Shown here piece after piece: positions 32,359 to 43,142 of a stretch of DNA of 64,000 bases (position 1 is its first letter; each line of letters begins with the position of its first letter). The DNA comes from an uncultured Veillonellaceae bacterium (GTDB lineage: Bacteria; Bacillota; Negativicutes; JARBTT01). Where the stretch lies: positions 256,001 to 320,000 of the forward strand of contig CAWDTA010000001.1 in the NCBI GenBank assembly GCA_963805085.1, written 5' to 3'. The translations under genes and the position numbers were made by a program. Below the pieces are notes generated by a model, which worked only from the letters and a program-made list of their open reading frames with translations, had not been told where the DNA came from and searched no databases.

Positions 32359-34482
32359 TTATATTTTGAATCTAAAGATTGCGGATTGTAGCTCTTCTGA
32401 TATTTTCGCTAAGGCTTGACTTGAAACAGCGATTTCCTGCATCGCTGCAGTCTGTTCCTTAGTTGCTGCAGATATAGTCTGGGTTTGTTTTGCTGTTATT
32501 TTGGTTTCTTTATCAATTTTCTGTACAGCATCTACCACGTGTTGACTTCCAGTTGTTATATCCTGAGTAGAAGTAGCTATTTCGTGTATTTGATTTGATA
32601 TTTCTCTAATCATCTTGAGGATTTCACGAAAATTTTGGCCAGCTATATTTACAATTTCCGTACCTGCAATTACTTCATTTCGACCTTCATTCATAAAAGT
32701 GACTGCAGTATTGGTTTTTTTTTGAACTTCATCAATAAGCATAGCGATTTGTTTTGCAGAAATTTCTGATTGTTCTGCCAACTTTCGAACTTCATCAGCA
32801 ACCACAGAGAATCCTTTGCCAAAATCTCCTGCTCTTGCCGCTTCAATAGCCGCGTTTAATGCCAAAAGGTTTGTCTGTCCAGCGATAGCAGATATAGTTT
32901 CCACTATTTGCCCAATTTGTGTTGATTTCTCATCTAATTCGTGAATTACATTTGCAATAGCTGCTGTTTTCTGCTCAATTATAACCATTTGATTCATTGC
33001 TTGTACGACTGTTTGCTCACCATTGGTTGCTGCGGCTTCTGTTTTTTTCGTTGAATCTGTTGCTGTCATCGTGTTGTCGGAAACTTGATGCATTGTCTTC
33101 GATATTTGTGCAATGATGTCTGTTGCAGATTCTACTAAATTAAGCTGCTTTTCTGCGCCCTGTGCTACCTCTGTAATGGAATCAGCCACTTGATTGGCTG
33201 ATTGTGCAGAGTGTTCGGCACTGGCGTTCATCTCTTCAGAAGTGCTCGACATATGGTCAACAGTTTCACGTAAATTAGCAACTAGAGATCGCAAAGATTC
33301 GGTCATATTGTTAAAAACAAGTCCAATGGTTTTTAACTCATCTGTAGTACCGATTTCAACCTGAGTATTTAATCTGCCATCGGCTACTAATGCAGCTACA
33401 TCTTTAAAATTACTGATCACTTGTTTTATTGATAGGTGAAAAGCCTGTAAAAGATATATTACAAAAAGCAAAACTAGTAAAGATATAGCACTAACGATAT
33501 TTCGCAAGAGTTCATTTTTTGTAATACGGTCTTCCAACATTTTATCAAGCGTTAAGATTCCTGTATCGTAAAATTTGTAGTTAGCTTCAATTCCTGCAGT
33601 AACAGCATTAAAATATTCAGTTGGTTTTATGGTAATCTCTTTAGCATTTATAATATTAGTATTCAATAAATCTAATACATTTTGAGTCAGTACAGTAGAT
33701 TCTTGGCTATTTGCATTCAGAATATTTTTTAATTCGTTATTTTGTTGATAAACAAAACTGATTTTTTTACTCATATCTTGTAAAGATGCACTGAGGTTTT
33801 TTGATAAAACAACTAACTCAATTTTTTCATCTACGGTAAGTGCTTTTTTTGCTGCTATGCCAGCACCTTTAGCTCTAACTTGTCCTAAAGATTCAATTTC
33901 GTTGAGAAGCTTATCCCCGATTGCAGTAATTAGAAAGTTAGTATCAGGTTTCGGGTCAAGAGACAAATTTGATTCTGTTGAAACCTGTTTGGTCAGATCA
34001 ATTAATTCAGCTATGAGTGCGGTATGACGAGTAAAACTATTCTTTGAACTTAGTGTAAATAAATCATTTTTTAAAGCGAGCCATTTTTTTGTTGCTGCAT
34101 GCCAAGGTTCAGCTACTTTTAATGTAGGATTGGATTTTTGGTCCATTGCTTCAATTGCTTGAATATCTTTATTAATTTGATCTTCTTTAGCTAAAAGTTT
34201 TTCTTTAAATAATGGGTCTCCGTTTAAAAATGCACTAGACATGCCACGATGTTGTTGCGTATCATCAATCAATTGTTTCACTGCACTATTGTATTCAAGT
34301 CCGATTCGTTCTCGCTGGGCGAAATCAATCTGGTGATTGATTTCGCCTACTAATAAATATAGAGTAATTGCCAGTGGCACCAAGCAAAATAACCCGACTA
34401 ATAAAAATTTTTGCGAAAATTGTAGACGGTTCATCAATGAAACAGCAGGGTTAAACAATCGTCTCATACTATATACCTCCAT
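32359..34482 (-). CDS. Methyl-accepting chemotaxis protein with NIT-like sensor domain
   Basis: Helical sensor with QQHRGMS and ESLGQVRA repeats; HAMP; [17 protein letters not shown]; true start may be the ATG at 34467. Confidence 0.85.
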   Translation of the reverse strand: MEVYSMRRLFNPAVSLMNRLQFSQKFLLVGLFCLVPLAITLYLLVGEINHQIDFAQRERIGLEYNSAVKQLIDDTQQHRGMSSAFLNGDPLFKEKLLAKEDQINKDIQAIEAMDQKSNPTLKVAEPWHAATKKWLALKNDLFTLSSKNSFTRHTALIAELIDLTKQVSTESNLSLDPKPDTNFLITAIGDKLLNEIESLGQVRAKGAGIAAKKALTVDEKIELVVLSKNLSASLQDMSKKISFVYQQNNELKNILNANSQESTVLTQNVLDLLNTNIINAKEITIKPTEYFNAVTAGIEANYKFYDTGILTLDKMLEDRITKNELLRNIVSAISLLVLLFVIYLLQAFHLSIKQVISNFKDVAALVADGRLNTQVEIGTTDELKTIGLVFNNMTESLRSLVANLRETVDHMSSTSEEMNASAEHSAQSANQVADSITEVAQGAEKQLNLVESATDIIAQISKTMHQVSDNTMTATDSTKKTEAAATNGEQTVVQAMNQMVIIEQKTAAIANVIHELDEKSTQIGQIVETISAIAGQTNLLALNAAIEAARAGDFGKGFSVVADEVRKLAEQSEISAKQIAMLIDEVQKKTNTAVTFMNEGRNEVIAGTEIVNIAGQNFREILKMIREISNQIHEIATSTQDITTGSQHVVDAVQKIDKETKITAKQTQTISAATKEQTAAMQEIAVSSQALAKISEELQSAIFRFKI

Positions 34483-34559
34483 GATAAAATATATATGAAC
34501 TCTTTAGTAAAAGCTTAAAACGGTAACATTCAAATTTTTAGCATCAATTTTTATAACAT

Positions 34560-34606
34560 AAATTTTGCAGGTAAACCTAGTTATATCAAGGTCACCTGCA
34601 AAATTT
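34560..34606 (-). terminator. Stem-loop after narK
   Basis: AAATTTTGCAGGT...ACCTGCAAAATTT. Confidence 0.6.
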
Positions 34607-34665
34607 TGTGAGTGAGGTTTAAGTGGGTAATTGCCGCGATTGTTTGCTAATCAAAAAAAAAGGTA

Positions 34666-35967
34666 TTAGCATTTTACCTCGGCATTTTTTCGTGCGTAGT
34701 AATAATAAGTTAAGAAAATAGTGATTATATAGTAAGCAATTAATAAATAAAAGGCAATGCTAACATCTTTGAAAGCACTATAAGACCAGCCAAAAATTTT
34801 AGGAATGACAAAAGCACCATAAGCGGCAATTGCTGCGGTAAAACCAGAGGCGAGGGAAGATTGTTGTGCATTGAAGATGTTAGGAATCATACGGAAAGTA
34901 GATCCATTCGCAAGCCCTGTCATCGCAAAAAGAACCAAGAAACAAATAAAGAATGGAATGAATTGGTGCGCTTGAATAAAGAATATTACGCCAATGGTTG
35001 ATAGTAATAAAACGATAAAAGCATAAAACGTAACTTTAGCACCACTATCAATTTTATCAGATAACCAACCACCAAAAGGGCGTATGCATGCACCGATAAA
35101 TGGACCTAAGAATGCAGCGAATGTAAACGATATTTCGGGAAATTCTTTGTTTACAAGCAGTGATAATGCGGCTGAAAACCCGATGAAAGAGCCAAAACAA
35201 CAAGTATAAATCCAAGTCATAATCCAAGTGTGTTTCTCTTTAAATAATGCGAGGATTGATTTTGGCGATTGTTTTACATTGGGTAGATTATCCATAAAGT
35301 AGAATGCTAGAACTACGGTAAGGATAATCGGCAAAATCCAAACATAAACGATGTTTTGTAGATAAATTTCAGTGCCTGCTTTTGTCACTTGTGGATTACC
35401 AAAAATTCCTTTGAAAATAGATGTGGTCATTGCGAGTGGAGCAATGAAATAAATTAGAGATACACCTAGATTACCAACTCCACCATTAATCCCTAACGCA
35501 GTTCCTTTTTTGATACGTGGATAAAAGTTCCCGATGTTTGCCATCGAAGACGAAAAGTTACCACCAGCAACACCGCAAAGTGAAACAAAGAAAAATAATG
35601 TGTCATAAGAGGTTGTTGGATCTTGGAGTGCATTTCCGAGACCAACAACCGGAATAATTAAAATTGCTGTAGAAATGATTGTCCAGGTTCTTCCACCTAA
35701 AATGCTTGGCATATAAGTATAAACTAGACGACAAGTTGCACCTACAAGTCCAGGCAAGGCTGCTAGGGTAAATAATTGATTATCTGATAAATTAAAACCA
35801 ATGCTGTTTAAATGAATAGCGATGGTTGCCCATAATTGCCAAATAGCGAAGGATAAGGTAAGTGCGATTGTAGATACAAATAAATTTTGTCTTGCAATGT
35901 TTTTCCCTTGAGATTCCCAGAAGTCAACATCTTCAGGAATCCAAGTTTGTACTCTGTTTGAAGTCAT
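34666..35967 (-). CDS. narK: NarK family nitrate/nitrite MFS transporter
   Basis: W-PED-DFW N-terminus, GGNFSSSM, GSFIGFS, RPFGGWLSD and NGSTFRMIP motifs. Confidence 0.92.
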   Translation of the reverse strand: MTSNRVQTWIPEDVDFWESQGKNIARQNLFVSTIALTLSFAIWQLWATIAIHLNSIGFNLSDNQLFTLAALPGLVGATCRLVYTYMPSILGGRTWTIISTAILIIPVVGLGNALQDPTTSYDTLFFFVSLCGVAGGNFSSSMANIGNFYPRIKKGTALGINGGVGNLGVSLIYFIAPLAMTTSIFKGIFGNPQVTKAGTEIYLQNIVYVWILPIILTVVLAFYFMDNLPNVKQSPKSILALFKEKHTWIMTWIYTCCFGSFIGFSAALSLLVNKEFPEISFTFAAFLGPFIGACIRPFGGWLSDKIDSGAKVTFYAFIVLLLSTIGVIFFIQAHQFIPFFICFLVLFAMTGLANGSTFRMIPNIFNAQQSSLASGFTAAIAAYGAFVIPKIFGWSYSAFKDVSIAFYLLIAYYIITIFLTYYYYARKNAEVKC

Positions 35968-36128
35968 AGCTAGGCCACCTTTTTATGATATTTTCTTTGT
36001 AAAATGATGCAAATAATAAATAATTTGTAATTTATTTATTATTTGTGGTATTTACGAATAAATGAATTATCGTATATACTTTAGAAAAGACAAAAATATT
36101 TTAAAAATTCAATATATTCATAATTACC

Positions 36129-36171
36129 AGTTTAAACTTTAGATGATAATCTGTAAGTGATAAACATCACT
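36129..36171 (-). promoter_or_regulatory. Fnr box and class II promoter for narK
   Basis: AGTGA-N6-TCACT (36156-36171) with minus-strand -10 TAAACT (36129-36134) at -41.5 geometry. Confidence 0.7.
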
Positions 36172-36199
36172 CATGAGCAAGAGAGAATGGAGCGGTCAA

Positions 36200-36886
36200 G
36201 TGGAAAAAGATTACGCAGATATTGTAAAACAGTTTTATCAAGTTCCAGGCATTGTAATAAAAACAAAAAAAGGTCAGTTCTTATTTCATGAGGGTGCTGA
36301 AGCTAAATATTTCTTTTTTGTAATGAAAGGCCAAATTAGAATTACAAAGTATGTAAATACAGGCAAAGAATTATCCTTAAGATTGACAAGTAAAGACAGC
36401 ATTATTGGCGAATTGCCATTATTTCAGCAGAAGCCAATTTATATTTTCAATGCGATAGCAGAAAAGAATAGTGAAGTTTATGCGATTACTTTTCCTGTCA
36501 TGGAAGAATATTTGAATAGTAATTTACACTTAGCAGTAGATTTATTAAAAATTATTAGTGAACATATGCGAAAGCAGCATTTAAAGTTCAGAGATTTAGT
36601 TTTGTATGGAAAAAAAGGTGCGCTTTGTTCTACGCTAATTCGACTTTGTAATAGCTATGGGAAAGATACAAAAAACGGAATATTAATAGAGGTTACACTA
36701 ACGAATCAAGAACTAGCAAATTATAGTGCAACAGCACGAGAAAGTTTAAATCGCATGTTAAATGAATTAAAAAAACAAGAGGTTATTGGCTATGTTGGAA
36801 ACTATATTATCGTAAAAAATATTCAGTATTTACGTAATGAAATCAACTGTGAAATGTGTGATGCAAGCATTTGCAATATTGAATAA
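36200..36886 (+). CDS. fnr: Bacillus-type Fnr (Crp/Fnr family) with C-terminal Fe-S cysteines
   Basis: KFRDLVLYGKKGAL, LTNQELAN, RESLNR HTH, C-terminal CEMCDASIC; alternative start at 36173. Confidence 0.88.
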   Translation: MEKDYADIVKQFYQVPGIVIKTKKGQFLFHEGAEAKYFFFVMKGQIRITKYVNTGKELSLRLTSKDSIIGELPLFQQKPIYIFNAIAEKNSEVYAITFPVMEEYLNSNLHLAVDLLKIISEHMRKQHLKFRDLVLYGKKGALCSTLIRLCNSYGKDTKNGILIEVTLTNQELANYSATARESLNRMLNELKKQEVIGYVGNYIIVKNIQYLRNEINCEMCDASICNIE

Positions 36887-36926
36887 AAAAGATCATTAAA
36901 AATTTTGTACAGAAAATAATTGTTTT

Positions 36927-36969
36927 ATTGATAAATGTCACAGATAATTAATTTTTGAGTTGTTATACT
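36927..36969 (+). promoter_or_regulatory. Fnr box plus extended -10 promoter with no downstream CDS
   Basis: ATTGA-N6-TCACA (36927-36942); TG-T-TATACT (36961-36969) at -41.5 geometry. Confidence 0.6.
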
Positions 36970-36975
36970 AGGGAT

Positions 36976-37203
36976 GACGATGTAACCCCATAAATAGATT
37001 CCTAAAATACACTAACAGCCACCTTCATGCCTAGAGAAGGTGGCTGGCTAAAAATACTATGATTCATTTTAATATAGAGCCTCCTTAAAGGCATAGTATT
37101 GTTTTTATCGCGAACAGTAAAAATAATATCGATGCCTGCTTGTGCCTAACGACATACCAGAAAATTTAGTGCGTCTGTACTGAATTTCCCTGGTATTTTT
37201 TTT
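36976..37203 (+). ncRNA. Candidate Fnr-dependent small RNA (~230 nt)
   Basis: Promoter upstream, hairpins at 37016-37046 and 37089-37137, CCTCCT between them, terminator at 37154-37203, no sizeable ORF. Confidence 0.5.
37154..37203 (+). terminator. Intrinsic terminator upstream of the narG promoter
   Basis: ATACCAGAAAATTTAGTGC-GTCT-GTACTGAATTTCCCTGGTAT followed by a T run. Confidence 0.8.
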
Positions 37204-37243
37204 ATGACAATTTTTTAAAAAAGTTGTTGTTTATATAACGAAG

Positions 37244-37259
37244 AGTGAGAATTGTCACA
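37244..37259 (+). promoter_or_regulatory. Fnr box of the narGHJI promoter
   Basis: AGTGA-N6-TCACA about 60 bp upstream of narG, with TAATAT at 37281-37286. Confidence 0.75.
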
Positions 37260-37318
37260 TTCAGATAATTTTAGAAAATGTAATATAAACTCATAGCTTG
37301 GAGAAAGGGTGTAGTTTG

Positions 37319-40300
37319 ATGAGCAAGTCTTATTCGATTTTAAATAAATTAAAGTATTTATTGCCAATAGAGAAAAGTACAGAAAATCATAGTCAAACAT
37401 TAGTTGGAGAGCGTGATTGGGAAAATGTTTATCGTAAGAGATTATCTTATGATAAAGTGGTTCGTTCTACGCATGGAGTGAATTGTACGGGTTCTTGTAG
37501 TTGGAATGTATTTGTAAAAAATGGCATTGTGACTTGGGAAGGACAAAAAACGGATTATCCTTGTACAGATCCAGACATGCCAGATTTTGAGCCACGAGGA
37601 TGCCCTCGAGGTGCATCGTTTTCCTGGTATATTTATAGCCCGTTGCGCGTGAAGTATCCATATGTTCGTGGTGTATTGTGGAGTTTATGGCAAGCAGCAA
37701 AGAAAAACCACGAAACAGCAATTGAGGCTTGGGCATCGATTGTTGAAGATGAAGAAAAAGCAAAATCATATAAATCTGCTCGAGGTATGGGCGGATTTGT
37801 TCGTGTAGCGTGGGACGAAGTTACCGAAATGATTGCAGCTTCGTTATTATATACTGTTGAAAAATATGGTCCAGATAGAAACTTTGCGTTTTCGCCAATT
37901 CCAGCAATGTCTATGCTGAGTTATGCAGGTGGCGCAAGATTTATGAATCTTATGGGGGGCGCTTGTTTAAGTTTTTATGACTGGTATGCAGACTTGCCGC
38001 CCGCGAGTCCACAAATTTGGGGCGATCAAACCGACGTTCCAGAAAGTAGTGACTGGTATAATGCTGGTTATATTATGACTTGGGGATCTAATGTTCCGTT
38101 GACGCGAACTCCAGATGCACATTTTTTAACCGAGGTTCGCTACAAGGGTACAAAAGTTGTTTCCTTATCACCGGATTATGCAGAATCGACGACCGTTGCT
38201 GATGAATGGTTGAATGTGAAACAAGGTACCGATGGAGCCATTGCTATGGCTATGGGACATGTAATTTTAAAAGAATACTATGTGGAACAAAAAGTAGAAT
38301 ATTTTACGGAGTATTCAAAACAATATACAGATTTTCCGTTTTTAGTTAGATTGAAAAAGCAAGGCGATGTATTCGTTACTGAGCGGTTTCTAAATAGTGA
38401 TGACATTGGTCGGAAAAATTCTCGTGGTGATTTTAAACCAGCTCTTTGGAATGATTTAACGAATCAATTTGCTGTACCAAATGGAACCATGGGATCACGA
38501 TGGGAAAATCAAAAAAAATGGAACCTACGCCTTGTCGATGTAGATTCAGAAGAAAAAATTGATCCGCGCTTATCTTTGCTTGGAATCGAAGATACTTGCG
38601 TTACAATCAAAGTTCCGTATTTTGCAAATGGCAATAAAGAAACACTCATGCGGGCTGTGCCTGTGAAAAAAGTAGAAACACCAGATGGTAGTGTTTATGT
38701 AACGACTGTTTATGACTTAACGCTTGCAAACTATGGCATAGACCGTGGTATTGGCGGAGAATGTGCTAAATCATTACTAGATAAAGTTCCGTTTACACCT
38801 GCATGGCAAGAAGAGATTACTGGGGTGAAAGCTGAAATTGTTACTAAAGTAGCACGTGAATTTGCAGATAACGCGATTAAAACAAAAGGACGATCAATGA
38901 TTATTGTTGGGGCTGGGATCAACCATTGGTATCATTCTGACATCATTTATCGCGCGGTCTTAAACTTAGTACTTTTTGTTGGGGCTCAAGGTGTGAACGG
39001 TGGCGGTTGGGCGCATTATGTTGGGCAAGAAAAACTACGCCCGGTAGAAGGCTGGCAGACGATTATGACTGCGAAAGACTGGCAAGGTCCACCGAGATTA
39101 CAAAATAGTACTTCCTTCTTTTATTTTGCAACGGATCAATGGCGTTATGAGGACATGGATAATGCAGATTTGGTATCACCATTGGTTGATGAACCGAGAT
39201 ATCATCATTCCGGTGATTACAACGTAATGGCAGCGCGACTCGGCTGGTTGCCATCCTATCCAACCTTCGAAAAGTCTGGACAAAAATTATATCAAGAAGC
39301 AAAAGACAATGGTTACACGACCAATGAAGAGATTGGTAAATATATTGCTGAACAATTAAAAGAAAAAAAATTAGCATTTGCTTTAGAGAATCCTGATGCA
39401 AAAGAAAATTTCCCGCGCAATTTATTTGTCTGGCGTTCCAATTTGATTTCCTCATCATCTAAAGGTCATGAATATTTTCTAAAACATTTATTGGGAACAA
39501 AAAATGGTTTGCTGAATGACGATGAAGATTCGTTAAGACCGAAAGAAATCAAATGGAGTGAAAGTGGAGCAGAAGGAAAAGTAGACTTACTCATTAATTT
39601 AGATTTTCGTATGGCAGGAACAGCGCTTTATTCCGATATTGTTTTACCTGCGGCAACTTGGTATGAAAAACATGACTTATCAAGTACTGATATGCATCCG
39701 TTTATTCATCCATTCAATCCAGCAATTCAAAATCCGTGGGAAACAAAATCTGATTGGGAAATTTTCAAAACGCTTGCAAAAGCAGTATCTGATCTTGCAA
39801 TAAAAGTTGAGATGAAGCCATATCAAGATGTTGTTGCTATGCCGATTCAACATGATACACCAGGAGAGATGGCACAACCATTAGGCAAAATCAAAGATTG
39901 GTCGAAAGGTGAATGTGATCCAATTCCGGGCAAAACAATGCCACAGCTTGTACCTGTTGAGCGTGATTATAAACTGATTTACCAAAAACATATTGCATTA
40001 GGGCCCAATGTGGAAAAACAACCATTAGGGACTAAAGGAATTAGTTGGTCGGCAAAAACTGAATATGACCAATTAAAATCAATCAATGGCACAATCAAAG
40101 ATAAAAATTCAATAGGTTTTGGTTGTCCTGATATTTCAACAGCCTTGCAAGCAAGTGAAGCTGTTTTGACATTATCATCAACTTCTAATGGTAAAGTTGC
40201 AGTAAGAGGATGGGAAGCGCTTGAAAAGATAACAGATTTATCTTTGAAAGATTTAGCAACAGAGCGCGAAGAAGAAAGATTTACCTTTGCACAAATTACA

Positions 40301-41002
40301 GCACAACCGAAGACGGTAATCACTTCTCCAGCGTTTACTGGTTCAGAAAAAGGCGGTCGGCGTTATTCTCCGTTTACAACAAATGTAGAACGGCTAATAC
40401 CATATCGTACAATAACAGGCAGACAGTCTTATTACTTAGATCATGAAATGATGTTTGAATGGGGAGAAAGCTTAGCAACTTATAAACCAGTACTCAATCA
40501 TCTGCCATTCCGTAAAAATAAACCTGCAACTAAAGGCAAAGAAATTACTTTAAATTATCTGACGCCGCATAATAAATGGAGTGTCCATAGTATGTATTTT
40601 GATAGCCAGCATATGTTGACGTTATTTCGCGGTGGACCAACCGTTTGGCTCAATAAAGATGACGCAGAATCTATTGATGTACAAGATAATGATTGGATTG
40701 AGTTATATAACCGCAATGGTGTTGTTGTTGCACGTGCTGTTGTTACGCATCGGATGCCAAGAGGAATGGCATATATGCATCATGCCCAAGATCGTCACAT
40801 TAATGTACCTGGTTCAGATATTTCTGGCACCCGTGGTGGCACCCACAATACGCCAACACGTATCCATGTGAAACCAACGCATATGATTGGTGGGTATGGA
40901 CAATTAAGCTATGGTTTTAATTACTATGGACCAACGGGCAATCAGCGTGATTTAAATGTTGTCATTCGGAAGCTAGAGGAGGTTGATTGGCTTGAAGATT
41001 AA
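37319..41002 (+). CDS. narG: Respiratory nitrate reductase alpha subunit
   Basis: RSTHGVNCTGSCSW, PRGCPRG, SFYDWYADLP and YGFNYYGP motifs. Confidence 0.97.
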   Translation: MSKSYSILNKLKYLLPIEKSTENHSQTLVGERDWENVYRKRLSYDKVVRSTHGVNCTGSCSWNVFVKNGIVTWEGQKTDYPCTDPDMPDFEPRGCPRGASFSWYIYSPLRVKYPYVRGVLWSLWQAAKKNHETAIEAWASIVEDEEKAKSYKSARGMGGFVRVAWDEVTEMIAASLLYTVEKYGPDRNFAFSPIPAMSMLSYAGGARFMNLMGGACLSFYDWYADLPPASPQIWGDQTDVPESSDWYNAGYIMTWGSNVPLTRTPDAHFLTEVRYKGTKVVSLSPDYAESTTVADEWLNVKQGTDGAIAMAMGHVILKEYYVEQKVEYFTEYSKQYTDFPFLVRLKKQGDVFVTERFLNSDDIGRKNSRGDFKPALWNDLTNQFAVPNGTMGSRWENQKKWNLRLVDVDSEEKIDPRLSLLGIEDTCVTIKVPYFANGNKETLMRAVPVKKVETPDGSVYVTTVYDLTLANYGIDRGIGGECAKSLLDKVPFTPAWQEEITGVKAEIVTKVAREFADNAIKTKGRSMIIVGAGINHWYHSDIIYRAVLNLVLFVGAQGVNGGGWAHYVGQEKLRPVEGWQTIMTAKDWQGPPRLQNSTSFFYFATDQWRYEDMDNADLVSPLVDEPRYHHSGDYNVMAARLGWLPSYPTFEKSGQKLYQEAKDNGYTTNEEIGKYIAEQLKEKKLAFALENPDAKENFPRNLFVWRSNLISSSSKGHEYFLKHLLGTKNGLLNDDEDSLRPKEIKWSESGAEGKVDLLINLDFRMAGTALYSDIVLPAATWYEKHDLSSTDMHPFIHPFNPAIQNPWETKSDWEIFKTLAKAVSDLAIKVEMKPYQDVVAMPIQHDTPGEMAQPLGKIKDWSKGECDPIPGKTMPQLVPVERDYKLIYQKHIALGPNVEKQPLGTKGISWSAKTEYDQLKSINGTIKDKNSIGFGCPDISTALQASEAVLTLSSTSNGKVAVRGWEALEKITDLSLKDLATEREEERFTFAQITAQPKTVITSPAFTGSEKGGRRYSPFTTNVERLIPYRTITGRQSYYLDHEMMFEWGESLATYKPVLNHLPFRKNKPATKGKEITLNYLTPHNKWSVHSMYFDSQHMLTLFRGGPTVWLNKDDAESIDVQDNDWIELYNRNGVVVARAVVTHRMPRGMAYMHHAQDRHINVPGSDISGTRGGTHNTPTRIHVKPTHMIGGYGQLSYGFNYYGPTGNQRDLNVVIRKLEEVDWLED

Positions 41003-42434
41003 AGCACAGATTTCGATGGTGATGAATCTAGATAAATGTATTGGTTGTCACACTTGTTCTATTACCTGTAAAAATACATGGACCAATCGTAAAGGCGCGG
41101 AGTATATGTATTTTAACAATGTGGAGACAAAACCGGGAATTGGCTATCCAAAACAATGGGAAGATCAAGAAAAATACAAGGGTGGCTGGGAACTCAAAAA
41201 AGGCGAATTAACGTTAAAGTCAGGTTCAAAAACCAATCGACTATTGAATTTATTTTACAACCCACATCAACCTGGAATTGATGACTACTATGAACCATGG
41301 ACATATAACTATGAAACTTTAACAAATAGTCCACGGAGAAAACATCAACCAGTCGCTCGCCCAAAATCAACACTTACAGGAAAATTTATGGACATTAAAT
41401 GGGGCCCAAATTGGGAAGATGATTTAGCCGGCGGTCATAAGACTGGCTTATTGGATCCCAATGTACGTAAGATGGAAGAATCGATTCGTACCGAATTTGA
41501 AGAAGTTTTTATGCGATATCTTCCACGTATATGTGAACATTGTCTGAATCCAGCCTGTGTTGCGTCTTGTCCATCTGGGGCAATGTATAAACGTGATGAA
41601 GATGGCATTGTCCTAGTTGACCAAAATGCCTGTCGTGCATGGCGGCAGTGTATTTCCGCTTGTCCTTATAAAAAAGTGTACTTTAACTGGGAAACGAATA
41701 AAGCTGAAAAATGTATTCTTTGTTTTCCTCGAGTGGAAAATGGATTGCCAACAATTTGTTCAGAAACTTGTGTAGGACGTATGCGGTATTTGGGCGTGAT
41801 TCTTTATGATGCTGATCGCGCACTTGAAATGGCTTCGGCAGAGGATGAAAAAGATTTATATAAAAAGCAATTAGAAATATTTTTAGATCCAAACGATCCA
41901 GAAGTGATGCGTGAAGCAAGAAAAGAAGGTATTCCAGAAGAATGGCTTGCGTATGCAAAAAAATCGCCTGTTTATAAACTAATAAAAGAGTGGAAAATTG
42001 CTTTGCCACTACATCCTGAATATCGTACATTACCAATGGTTTGGTATATTCCACCGCTTAGCCCGATTATGAATCAATTTGAGGGGCAAGGAAGTCCGTA
42101 TGATAAAGATACATTATTCCCCGCAGTTGATCAGATGAGAATTCCAATTCAATATTTAGCAGAAATTCTAGCTGCTGGTGATGACACAGTGATTCGGAGT
42201 GTATTAAAAAAACTAGCGATGATGCGCTATTACATGCGGGCAATCAGCATAAAAGAAAGCATTCATACAGATCTAGATGAAATAAATTTGACTGGCGAAC
42301 AAATAGAAGAAATGTATCGTTTACTTGCAATTGCAAAATACGAAAACCGATTTGTTGTACCAAATTCGCATCGTGAAGAAGTGGAAAATTTGTATAAAGC
42401 ACAAGGCTCTTGTGGCTTAGAATTTAATGATTGA
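40992..42434 (+). CDS. narH: Nitrate reductase beta subunit
   Basis: NLDKCIGCHTCS, CEHCLNPAC, LPLHPEYRTLP; TTG start overlapping narG. Confidence 0.97.
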   Translation: MKIKAQISMVMNLDKCIGCHTCSITCKNTWTNRKGAEYMYFNNVETKPGIGYPKQWEDQEKYKGGWELKKGELTLKSGSKTNRLLNLFYNPHQPGIDDYYEPWTYNYETLTNSPRRKHQPVARPKSTLTGKFMDIKWGPNWEDDLAGGHKTGLLDPNVRKMEESIRTEFEEVFMRYLPRICEHCLNPACVASCPSGAMYKRDEDGIVLVDQNACRAWRQCISACPYKKVYFNWETNKAEKCILCFPRVENGLPTICSETCVGRMRYLGVILYDADRALEMASAEDEKDLYKKQLEIFLDPNDPEVMREARKEGIPEEWLAYAKKSPVYKLIKEWKIALPLHPEYRTLPMVWYIPPLSPIMNQFEGQGSPYDKDTLFPAVDQMRIPIQYLAEILAAGDDTVIRSVLKKLAMMRYYMRAISIKESIHTDLDEINLTGEQIEEMYRLLAIAKYENRFVVPNSHREEVENLYKAQGSCGLEFND

Positions 42435-42481
42435 CTTGGAGCTTATGACAGTACTTAAGAATGAAGAGGAGGCGCAGAAGC

Positions 42482-43045
42482 ATGTCGTCAATTATTACAA
42501 TGGATATAAAGCAAATTCGAAAAGTATTTTCTGTTTGTGGTATCCTTCTCCAGTATCCAGATGCGACATGGCATAATTCAAAAACAGAATTTGCCAAAAG
42601 CATAAAAGAAATTCCACATCGACAGATCGCCGCTTTGTTAGAAAAGTTTTTAGTATTAACGAATGAAATGTCTGCGGAAGATTTTACCAAAAACTATGTT
42701 CGTGAGTTTGATTTTAGTAAAAATACAAATTTTTATTTAACTTATTATAATCAAGGTGAACAAAGAGAACGTGGCTTAGAAATTTTATCGCTGAAAGAAC
42801 AATATATGGCAGCTGGTTTTGACGTAAATGCGATAGAATTGCCAGACTATTTGCCAGTTTTATTAGAGTTTGCATCTATAGCGCCTAAAGAAAATGTAAA
42901 AGAAGTTTTGAAAGTTTATACAAAACATATCGAAGAATTAAGAAAAAGACTTATTGAAGATAACAGTTTCTATACTTTTATTTTTGATGCTATTTTGATT
43001 GCAATAGAGCTCTTTGTAGAAAGACCAACTATTAAAAGTCAATAG
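42482..43045 (+). CDS. narJ: Nitrate reductase assembly chaperone; last codons now supplied by the IS110 end
   Basis: LLQYP, RERG and ELPDYLP motifs; position after narH. Confidence 0.92.
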   Translation: MSSIITMDIKQIRKVFSVCGILLQYPDATWHNSKTEFAKSIKEIPHRQIAALLEKFLVLTNEMSAEDFTKNYVREFDFSKNTNFYLTYYNQGEQRERGLEILSLKEQYMAAGFDVNAIELPDYLPVLLEFASIAPKENVKEVLKVYTKHIEELRKRLIEDNSFYTFIFDAILIAIELFVERPTIKSQ

Positions 43046-43142
43046 AGAAAATCAATACATCTTAGAAAATAACATTTAATATTTATGCACAACAAATAGA
43101 CCTGCTTTTGACAGGTCGAAAAAGGCATATTAAATTATTTTC

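Noticed and set aside
37232-37240. TATATAACG ModE-like half site upstream of narG
   Set aside because: No matching second half site and no modE gene in the window
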